Source of the DNA: a virus
Taxonomy: Duplodnaviria > Caudoviricetes
Reading direction: 5' to 3' (one strand)
Virus record (IMG/VR): IMGVR_UViG_3300042275_000518
Location: 32,001 to 96,000 of that record
Length of the DNA stretch: 64,000 bases
The notes under the pieces are model-generated. The model saw nothing but the letters and a program-made list of their open reading frames with translations, did no database searches and was not told the origin of the DNA. This document shows positions 54,736-62,611 of this stretch, one piece after another; position 1 is the first letter of the stretch; every line of letters starts with the position of its first letter. A program made the position numbers and the translations under genes.

Positions 54736-55236
54736 TTAGGCTATAGTAAAAACTATATCAAATATAATATCTTTATTTTTAATTGCATCATATACTGTTT
54801 GACTAGGTGGTTCAGTTAATGTGACTTTCACGCTAACTGCAATTGCTCCAGTACTTTCAAACGTATATGTTTCGTTGGTAATATTAAAATTTACTAAACT
54901 GCTATAATCTGAGCTACCACCGATTAAAACATTTTCAATATTAACTGTTAAATGTGTAGCGCCTGCTTCAAGAGCCTCATTATTTATAGAAACTTCATAA
55001 ACGTAGGTAATTGAAGTTACTTCATTACCTGTTGCTGTTTGAGTATCTGGAATTAAAATGCCAGATCCTGTTGTTGTTTCGCTTACAATTAGTTCGTCCC
55101 CTTCACCAAGAGTAATTGTTTCACTTTCTGTCTGTGTAAGCATATTCCACCAAGCATATGTTACCCCCACTGTCGATACAAATGCAAATATCATTACGAT
55201 AAATGCTGATACTACTTTTCTTTTTAATTTTTTCAT
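54736..55236 (-). CDS. Secreted beta-rich protein with SipW-type signal peptide (TasA/camelysin-like)
   Basis: MKKLKRK..hydrophobic..GVTYAWW..T....TITLG; C-terminal I.F...F strand. Confidence 0.65.
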   Translation of the reverse strand: MKKLKRKVVSAFIVMIFAFVSTVGVTYAWWNMLTQTESETITLGEGDELIVSETTTGSGILIPDTQTATGNEVTSITYVYEVSINNEALEAGATHLTVNIENVLIGGSSDYSSLVNFNITNETYTFESTGAIAVSVKVTLTEPPSQTVYDAIKNKDIIFDIVFTIA

Positions 55237-55274
55237 AATCTTTTACCATCCTTTTCTAATTTTTTTTTAGAATT

Positions 55275-55349
55275 AAATGGTAGTCTGGCGATCCCTTAGG
55301 GACCCATGACTTTGTGCCCATACATTACTGCATGTTTACCCTTACATTT
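55275..55349 (-). promoter_or_regulatory. c-di-GMP-I (GEMM-I)-like riboswitch
   Basis: GGGUAAAC-stem-GUAA-stem-GGCACAAAGUC...CUAA...GACUACC; lies between a late promoter (55363-55374) and the RBS. Confidence 0.7.
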
Positions 55350-55393
55350 TTTTCTTATTATTTAAATAATTGTTATAAATATTTTAAATATTT

Positions 55394-55467
55394 TGGAGGC
55401 CAATACCAGATTCGAACTGGTGCTCAGGGAGTTGCAGTCCCTTGCCTTACCACTTGGCTAATTGGTC
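55394..55467 (-). tRNA. tRNA-Cys(GCA)
   Basis: Cloverleaf, U73, encoded CCA. Confidence 0.93.
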
Positions 55468-55471
55468 TATA

Positions 55472-55565
55472 TGGCGGAGAAGGTGGGATTCGAACCCACG
55501 CACCGGATATTAACCGGTCTACTCCCTTAGCAGGGGAGCCCCTTCAGCCTCTTGGGTACTTCTCC
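55472..55565 (-). tRNA. tRNA-Ser(GCT)
   Basis: Long variable arm, G73, encoded CCA. Confidence 0.95.
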
Positions 55566-56217
55566 AAATAAACAACCTAGTGAAACTAGATTCTATTATT
55601 CTTGATGTTGTCTGGACCGTATAATCTCATATGTCTTAGAATTGAGAATAATGATCTAGATTGATCCTCCCTTGACATTCTCATTACTTCAATGTCCATT
55701 AAATTCATACTGAAAAACATTTTTACACTCTCCTTTTTATAGTAATATTATTAGAATAAACTTCCAAATAGATTGTTCTAATAAGACTAATATAAATTCC
55801 TAGAAGGAGAAAAGAGCAATTCCCTGGCTGCAATAGCGGGAATCTCTGGGTCTCTTTTCAATAGCCCCGACAATATAGTCGATGGTTTGACAGTCCATTC
55901 GTCTGGCTCAGGTTTGAGGCATTGGCACGCCATTTTATTAACTACGTGTGGATACTATCCACATCATAGTATAAATTATATGTTTAAAAGAAAATTTTTC
56001 TTTTAAATTTGTCCATACTCAGAAATGTTCCCTCATACCATTTCTAAGGAATGTAATCTCCCTTACCATAATATGAACTCCCTGGACTTTGTTCACATCT
56101 GTAATCCACTGGCTGGGACCAAAGCACAGCATAACGACCTGCACTTGAAACTTTTTATTTATAGTCGCTACAATAGATTACATCCTTTAATATATTTTAT
56201 TTCTTATTTCTTAATGA

Positions 56218-56294
56218 TGGCCGGAAGAGTGAGAATTGAACTCACCTACTCCGGATTTTCAGTCCGGCGCTTGAACCTACTCAGCTATCTTCCG
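56218..56294 (-). tRNA. tRNA-Phe(GAA)
   Basis: Anticodon loop CUGAAAA, encoded CCA; atypical C1-G72 pair and G73. Confidence 0.85.
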
Positions 56295-56308
56295 ATTAGA
56301 TGCAAATC

Positions 56309-56617
56309 CTAGAGGATTTTTGTTACTTTACCATATATATTCTTTTTAGTAACCCAACCATTAACATGTTTATGGTTATTACTAATCTGAAATTGATTAC
56401 CTTTAATTGCTGAAATCAAATGTAAATAATGGTGTCCTCTTACTTTGCACAAAACAATATCGCCCTTATTTAAAGATGAATAATCTTCAATTGGAGATAC
56501 TTCACAAACTTGACCAGATTTCAAGATTGGGGTCATAGAATTTCCAAAACCTTGAACTAAACAAGTTTCTCCATTAAGAAGTTTTTGTGCAGTAATTGCA
56601 TTTTCTTTGTCATACAT
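56309..56617 (-). CDS. S24/S26 peptidase-like protein (Ser/His type)
   Basis: GNSMTPILKSG ... KGDIVL ... YLHLI. Confidence 0.65.
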   Translation of the reverse strand: MYDKENAITAQKLLNGETCLVQGFGNSMTPILKSGQVCEVSPIEDYSSLNKGDIVLCKVRGHHYLHLISAIKGNQFQISNNHKHVNGWVTKKNIYGKVTKIL

Positions 56618-56641
56618 AATTTTATTTCCTTTCTTTAAAAA

Positions 56642-56728
56642 TGGAGCGGGGAAACGGCATTGCACCGTACTCCTTCTACATGAAGCATCTAGAATTCATG
56701 CATCTGTTCTACTCATAAAACTACCCGC
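56642..56728 (-). tRNA. Atypical tRNA-like RNA with a Gly-like acceptor
   Basis: GCGGG...CCCGC-U-CCA; T-loop UGCAAUG; no canonical anticodon arm. Confidence 0.5.
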
Positions 56729-56731
56729 ATA

Positions 56732-56808
56732 TGGTAGCAGTGGTTGGACTTGAACCAACGCTCCCGGAGGTATGAGCTCCGTGCTTTGACCATCTAAGCT
56801 ACACTGCC
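56732..56808 (-). tRNA. tRNA with CAT anticodon (elongator Met or Ile2)
   Basis: Anticodon loop CUCAUAC, encoded CCA. Confidence 0.9.
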
Positions 56809-57293
56809 ATATATTTTTGACGAATTTTTGAAAATTAGGTAAGTTAATGATGGAGTTGAACTTATCTCGTTGAGAAGCTTCGTCTTCTCCTCTTATCCTG
56901 GTTTGCAAAGTTCTACCGCTTAACCTTGGACCCTTCCATCACTACTACTTTACCTTTTGTTGCTATTGAACAGGATACATAATAATTCTAGATGCACTGT
57001 CTTCACACACATATTCCTCAACAGAATCTGGTCGTTCAATAATATTTCGAACTTGTAGATTATGTTGATCTAGGACTTTAAGCATGAAACGAAGTGCGGA
57101 TTTTTCCGATTTAAAAGTTTTAGGTTTTAGATCCGTTCTGTTAACAACTGGTTGTACAGTATAACTCATAGCATTAATCTCCTTTAAATTTATTTGACTT
57201 TTAACGACTTGCTTAGGTCGAGATAAAGAAGATTAATGTGAGTCTAAAATTTATTGTTTAAGATTTTCTATTACATTTTTTATAATATTATTT

Positions 57294-57370
57294 TGGCACG
57301 CCGAGTAGGATTCAAACCTACGACCCTCTGATTCGTAGTCAGATACTCTATTCAGCTGAGCTATCGGCGC
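57294..57370 (-). tRNA. tRNA-Arg(ACG)
   Basis: Anticodon loop CUACGAA, encoded CCA. Confidence 0.92.
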
Positions 57371-57884
57371 ATTTTTCTAATAATATTTTTCTATTTTTTA
57401 ATTCATGTAATCCCAATGTTATTTTTCTATGGCATATAGGGCATAAAACAATTAGATTCTCTAGACTATTGTTATCTCTATTAGAATCTATATGGTGAAC
57501 TTCCAAAATTCTATTATCTTTATCCCAGCCACAAACAGCACATTTGTGGATATATACTTTTAATGCTCTTTCTCTATATCCGTTAGAGCCATTTATATAA
57601 TTTGGATGATTTTCACCTGTTCTTATATTTAATTTATTTGTATAACTAGCTGAACAACTTTTATTACAGAATACATTTCCATGTTTTGTTTTATTTATCT
57701 GGGATTGAGTACGATATATAATCTTCCCACATGATGCACATGTTTTTTGAATTTTACCTTTATTCTTTCGACACGTATCAGAACAATAAAAATTGTAACC
57801 ATTTTTAATATATGCATTATATTTCTTTAAAGGTACATTAAATGGCTTACCACATTTCCCACATTCTACTTTTACTTTTGTCAT
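57348..57884 (-). CDS. HNH homing endonuclease within the tRNA cluster
   Basis: CxxC/YCS..C repeats; EVHHIDSNRDNN..ENL..LCPICH; 3' end overlaps tRNA-Arg; late promoter at 57900-57911. Confidence 0.9.
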   Translation of the reverse strand: MTKVKVECGKCGKPFNVPLKKYNAYIKNGYNFYCSDTCRKNKGKIQKTCASCGKIIYRTQSQINKTKHGNVFCNKSCSASYTNKLNIRTGENHPNYINGSNGYRERALKVYIHKCAVCGWDKDNRILEVHHIDSNRDNNSLENLIVLCPICHRKITLGLHELKNRKILLEKCADSSAE

Positions 57885-57943
57885 TTTATTTCCTCCTTTT
57901 AAATAGTTGTTCTCATATTTGGGAAAGAAAATGTCTTATGAGA

Positions 57944-58019
57944 TGGGGTAACTAGAGGGAATTGAACCCTCGATGCCGGAGTCACAATCCGGTGCGTTAA
58001 CCACTTCGCCATAGTTACC
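57944..58019 (-). tRNA. tRNA-His(GTG)
   Basis: Encoded G-1 pairing with C73; anticodon loop UUGUGAC; encoded CCA. Confidence 0.95.
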
Positions 58020-58033
58020 ATGTAGAAGAAGAG

Positions 58034-58519
58034 TTATCTTCTTCTTTTACTAAATCTATCCGCTACAGTTGATGCAGCTAAACTATCTGGTTTGATTCTA
58101 TAATCAAATCCGTAAGCTTCAACATATCCTGTAATTTCAGATATGAACGCAGAAGTCGGTCCATTTTCACCGATGTCAATATCGATAGTAATCTTAAAAT
58201 CAAGATCTCTATTGAATAAATATTTCAATAACCTTTCACCAGTTTGAATACTTTGTGTAGCTTCATGATACATCCTATCTCTTAACGTATGGAATTTCTT
58301 TTCAACTCCATTTAACCAGAAGAATATTGCGCCTTTGCCTTTTCGATATAATACAATAACGTTCGAAACGCTAGTGTTACTATATTGTTGACTATCAGTT
58401 CCAATATAAATTTTGAATGTATCTGGCGGATTATTTTCGATACTGTCTGCAATTATTTCAAACACTTTCTGTTCGCTTATACGACCATAAGTGAATGAAT
58501 TATAGACTCTCTCTTTCAT
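58034..58519 (-). CDS. YkuK/DUF458 RNase H-like protein
   Basis: IYIGTDSQ, GKGA.FF, LR.R...EA..S, IDIG.NG, KPDS.AAS.VAD. Confidence 0.85.
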   Translation of the reverse strand: MKERVYNSFTYGRISEQKVFEIIADSIENNPPDTFKIYIGTDSQQYSNTSVSNVIVLYRKGKGAIFFWLNGVEKKFHTLRDRMYHEATQSIQTGERLLKYLFNRDLDFKITIDIDIGENGPTSAFISEITGYVEAYGFDYRIKPDSLAASTVADRFSKRRR

Positions 58520-58559
58520 GATGTATCATCTTCTTCCTGTATATTTGTCTATATTTATT

Positions 58560-59255
58560 TTATACCCATTTTAAGAGTATTTCTCTTTTAAAAATATTTT
58601 TATTCTTGCCGAATAATTTCTTCTGCGTGTCAAACCACTTTTTACTAAACCCAAGTTTTTTCCAGGTATACTTAATAATGTTGAACATTCCTACTCCTTT
58701 AAAATCAATTAGATTCTTTAAGAATATAGAGTTAAACTTATTAGTTGGTCCTGCAACTGTTTCCATTATAATAGCATCCCATCCCTCAAGCATTGAGATA
58801 TAAGGATTTCCATCTGGAATAAATGCTGCGTCAGAAACAACTAACCTTTTCCCTAGTCTTTCATCTGATGTCATCTTATCAACCGCATTTGCAGTTTTAA
58901 AATGAATCTTTTGACGACCGTTAGTTATCATGTTCCTTTTTATGGTAATATTATTAATAAAAGAGTTTAATTGTATAATTTCTTTTATTTTCAATAATAT
59001 CATCATATTATCGTGCATTGTTCTGGAAATTACAATCGTATCATTCCAACAAGTATTACTAAAAAGGTCATAAATTAGATTTAGTATTATTGAAGTAGAG
59101 CGACCACTTTGCCTCGGACTTATTAATATGAAATTTTCACCCTTATCAAAACTCTTAATAACAGATTCTTGAAGTGGGCTGTAATTTAATTTTATCCCTT
59201 TCAGAACACCAGGCATTGGCACTCTGACAGTTTTAATAAAATCTTCTCTTGTCAT
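58560..59255 (-). CDS. Terminase-ATPase-like protein with degenerate Walker motifs
   Basis: SPRQSGRST and VVSDAAF, compared with canonical PRQxGKT and hhhDEAAF; C-terminal F.RE. Confidence 0.55.
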   Translation of the reverse strand: MTREDFIKTVRVPMPGVLKGIKLNYSPLQESVIKSFDKGENFILISPRQSGRSTSIILNLIYDLFSNTCWNDTIVISRTMHDNMMILLKIKEIIQLNSFINNITIKRNMITNGRQKIHFKTANAVDKMTSDERLGKRLVVSDAAFIPDGNPYISMLEGWDAIIMETVAGPTNKFNSIFLKNLIDFKGVGMFNIIKYTWKKLGFSKKWFDTQKKLFGKNKNIFKREILLKWV

Positions 59256-59282
59256 AATTTCTCTTCTTTCTTTTATATTATA

Positions 59283-59655
59283 AAATATTCATAACCCGGA
59301 TTCTGTTTATCTTTTATCTCAATCTATACAATAGAATTGCTGAATCATCGTCTGGTAAATCAACAATTTCAGGTGTATTATTACTGAGAAATCCAAGTCT
59401 ATTCCCTATCGCACAATTAGAATCGTCTGAACCAAATTCCAATATCCTTATTATTTTAACGAAGTATTTTGAGGGGTTTATAAAAAATTTGCTAGTTTCC
59501 CCAGGCACTTCCTCAACTTCAGCAAGGTAATCGTATTTTGTAACCTTAACTATACTTTTACCGTTACTATATTCCCAGGAGTCTCCTATATAATATTTGA
59601 TATTGATCTCTCCTTTTTATATTTTTAAATATTCATAACCCGGATTCTGTTTATC
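59283..59655. repeat. 29-bp direct repeat (59283-59311, 59627-59655) duplicating the RNase P RNA 3' end
   Basis: AAATATTCATAACCCGGATTCTGTTTATC is identical in both copies; similarity extends about 13 bp further. Confidence 0.9.
59314..59601 (-). CDS. Tagged hypothetical protein with an ATC start (non-canonical start or pseudogene)
   Basis: Frame open from ATC at 59601 after an AAGGAGAG RBS (xKYYIGD...); ends LPDDDSAILLYRLR. Confidence 0.6.
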   Translation of the reverse strand: MKYYIGDSWEYSNGKSIVKVTKYDYLAEVEEVPGETSKFFINPSKYFVKIIRILEFGSDDSNCAIGNRLGFLSNNTPEIVDLPDDDSAILLYRLR

Positions 59656-60009
59656 CTATGATTTATCTAAGCCTCTACCATAATTTGAGTTGCTATCCAG
59701 CCAGTGCCAGCCGTTTCATTTAGTATTGGAAATATCTCAACTATATATTACCTTTATAATGGAGTTTAGGCAATTGCTTTCGCATCTCTCCAACTCATTC
59801 CCCAGGCCATTAAGAAAACCTGCACTATAAAGAACCAATCTAACTCGTCTCTGTTCCAGCACTGCCATAGTTTATTAAACTACAGCGTTGAACCGTTTTA
59901 ACCTTTCGGTGATAGTCCGGAGTTTCCTCACAAACCAGTGTCAATTATAGAATCTCTAAAGAGTTCCCACATTGTATCGTTTTAAGTCTGTGCCATAGGT
60001 TGAATATTT
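59627..60009 (-). ncRNA. rnpB: RNase P RNA (phage-encoded, minimal, type-B-like)
   Basis: P1 AAAUAUUCA/UGAAUAUUU; P2 CCUAUG/CAUAGG; GAGGAAACUCCGGA and ACAGAAUCCGGGUUA form P4; ACAGAGACG, UGAAACG, L15 GGUA, AGAUAAAU. Confidence 0.88.
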
Positions 60010-60295
60010 TAAAATCTATTTAATACTTTCAATATTGTTTCTTTATAATCTTCGTTCATACTTCCAGAGTTATAAATGCGAATTTGATCTGAATCTATAT
60101 TAAACACAGCTGAATTTCTAAACTCGCATATTTCAATTTTTATAGAAGATATTTCATTATCATCCATAACTATAGAAATATTAAAGAGTGAATCCCAGAA
60201 TTTAAAAGTTGATCTAAACTCTTTATCTAATTCTCTCTCTAACTCTTTAACAAAATTAGTTATTTCTGAATTTATCTCTTGAATTCTTTTCATAT

Positions 60296-60787
60296 TTACA
60301 CCTTTGGTGTTTCTGAACCTGCAAATTCCAGATATTCTAATAATTGATCTCTACTTGTAAATATTTCGCCATTCTCTTTAATAGCTCCAACTACAAATAG
60401 ATTCACATAACTAAATTGATTTTCTAATGGTACATCTAATGCATTGATTTTTTGCGTGTTACTAAAACCTTTTGAGCAATCTCTACTATCTGTATATAAA
60501 CCAATAATAAGTTTCCCTCTTGCTGCAAAATAACCAATTTCTGCCGCTACACCTGGATCGACAACTGGTCCATCTAAAACTGCTACTAAACAGTCTGCCC
60601 AATCAAGTTGTTCTCTGTCGCCATTATAAATCATAATACTATCTGCAAAATTAGATTTGTCATTGATAGCATCGTTCTTTTGAGGTGCATATACTTCATG
60701 ACCTCTTACAATCATCTCATCAAATAATAATGAGTTGTACATAAGATCTGCCTCTGAAAACAAGGCGTTCGCTAAATAAATCTTCAT
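60296..60787 (-). CDS. Nucleoside 2-deoxyribosyltransferase family protein
   Basis: MKIYLANALF, YAPQ, D...L..AD..VA.LDG...DPGVAAEIGY, YVNLFV.G. Confidence 0.88.
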   Translation of the reverse strand: MKIYLANALFSEADLMYNSLLFDEMIVRGHEVYAPQKNDAINDKSNFADSIMIYNGDREQLDWADCLVAVLDGPVVDPGVAAEIGYFAARGKLIIGLYTDSRDCSKGFSNTQKINALDVPLENQFSYVNLFVVGAIKENGEIFTSRDQLLEYLEFAGSETPKV

Positions 60788-60788
60788 G

Positions 60789-61169
60789 TTATTTTTCATC
60801 CTCTTCTTTGTTAATTTGATCTTTACTTTCATATAGTTCAATAATTTCTAAAATATTGCACATATCTGTATCTGGTTCTAAGTTGTATTCTTTTACAAAG
60901 TCTTCAGTTACCCATATGAAATCTATTTCATCTGCATGATTGATAATAAAGTCTTTGCTTTCAAGGACTCTTTGTTTATTATTTAGTATATAATAAGAAT
61001 AAATATCCAGATTTCCTAGTGGAAATATTTCTTCAAATGTTAGTGTGTCTAATAATTTTTGGAACTTTTCTTCTTTACACATAAGATTAACAACATCCCA
61101 ATAGTCATCACAATCTAAATTTTTAGAGAATTCGCCTAATAAGAATTCTAATAATTCTGCTGTATTCAT
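60789..61169 (-). CDS. Hypothetical protein, close paralog of 13182-13535
   Basis: Near-identical protein and DNA. Confidence 0.8.
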   Translation of the reverse strand: MNTAELLEFLLGEFSKNLDCDDYWDVVNLMCKEEKFQKLLDTLTFEEIFPLGNLDIYSYYILNNKQRVLESKDFIINHADEIDFIWVTEDFVKEYNLEPDTDMCNILEIIELYESKDQINKEEDEK

Positions 61170-61945
61170 TATTTTTCTCCTTTCTCTATTAGTCTTATAT
61201 GGATAGAATTAATTCCATGACCATATAAATCTTTTATTTCATAACCTAAATATTTTTGGTCCATCGGGATTTTCGCTGCATTTTCCATTAAATCACTTAA
61301 GGACACAAAATTATCTCCAATATTGTGTGTATCTGCTACTGGTTTTCCCCATGATTCTTCATCGGTATAGATACTTATTTTTAGATTACCTTTCAGTATT
61401 CCGGATTCTAATATATCATTTAGTGTCATATTTATTCCTCTTTCACTTCTGATTCTTTCCAAACAAGTTTCTTCTCTAAACCAGTTGGGTCTTTACTTTC
61501 AAAATTCTCTTCTAAAACATTGCAACAATAATTAAGAATATCTTCTTCCTCATAATCTTCAAATTCATTGCCATCAACTTCAACTGTAATTTCTAATTTA
61601 ACTCTTTTCATAATATTTTCTCTTGTTTCCAGTTAAATATATCATGTTCAATGATTTCTGATTGAAAACTACAATCATATTTTGATTCTACTGCTTCAAT
61701 AATATCAATGGCGCTTCCATCTAATTCATGTATAAATTCGATAATTTTCTTTTTGTCTTGTTTATTACTTATCATATATAAACTGATTTCTGGCCCTAGA
61801 ATAATTTTACTAACTTCTTTTTCCATATTACTCCCCTTTTAATCTAATATCTTTTAATATCTTTCTCTTCAATAAGTTTTTCACCTTCATAATAATTGCG
61901 ATAACTCTGAACTGGGTCGTGATTTAAATAAAATATATTTAATTC

Positions 61946-62275
61946 TTATCCTCCATAATTCAATCTAAACCATAATTTTGCTGATTCGTCATCCTCAAAT
62001 TCTAATAATATAGATCCTTCACTTTTCTCAAATAATCCAATATTAAAATCTTCTATTCCATCTGCAAACGTCCACATATAATTTTTACCAATCTTTTTAA
62101 ATTTTATCTGTTCATTTCCAACTAAAACTTCTTTAATATTATAAACATGAGAATAGTCATGATAAAGTACATTATAATCATTATATTTTATAGGGTATAG
62201 TTGATCTATTCTATATAAACAATGGAATTTAGGACCTGAATAGTATTTATATTCTGCTACTGTATATTTTTTCAT
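61946..62275 (-). CDS. Hypothetical protein with C-terminal tag
   Basis: Ends EFEDDESAKLWFRLNYGG. Confidence 0.75.
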   Translation of the reverse strand: MKKYTVAEYKYYSGPKFHCLYRIDQLYPIKYNDYNVLYHDYSHVYNIKEVLVGNEQIKFKKIGKNYMWTFADGIEDFNIGLFEKSEGSILLEFEDDESAKLWFRLNYGG

Positions 62276-62284
62276 TATTTTCTC

Positions 62285-62611
62285 CTAATTTAACCTGAAC
62301 CATAGTAAAGCCGTTTCGTCATCCTCAAATTCTTGAAGAAAGTGACCTTTATCAGTTCTTTCTTTATCTAATTGTATTACATCATAGTAAACAGAATCTC
62401 CTAAATACTTACTCCATTTAAGCGTGCCATTTATTATTTTAGTATTAAAATGATATTTATTATCATCATCTCTGATATTCTCATATAACGATTTATTAAA
62501 TTTAAATATATAATATTCTTTACCAACGCTATCTGTAATAATATTCTGAACTATGACTTCTAAAAATGCAAGAGGTCCTAAATTATCTCTAATTACTAAA
62601 TATTTTTTCAT
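62285..62611 (-). CDS. Hypothetical protein with C-terminal tag
   Basis: Ends EFEDDETALLWFRLN. Confidence 0.75.
   Translation of the reverse strand: MKKYLVIRDNLGPLAFLEVIVQNIITDSVGKEYYIFKFNKSLYENIRDDDNKYHFNTKIINGTLKWSKYLGDSVYYDVIQLDKERTDKGHFLQEFEDDETALLWFRLN

Noticed and set aside
55314-55571. ORFs overlapping tRNAs (also 56025-56312 and 56696-56908)
   Set aside because: They are chance open frames across tRNA genes.
55795-56190. tmRNA, SRP RNA or 6S RNA
   Set aside because: There is no Ala-type acceptor with a CCA end and no SRP helix-8 motif, and the shape does not clearly match 6S.
56642-56728. Amber suppressor tRNA (CUA appears in the loop)
   Set aside because: CUA is not centred in a 7-nt loop on a canonical anticodon stem, and TAG is used as an ordinary stop in this window.
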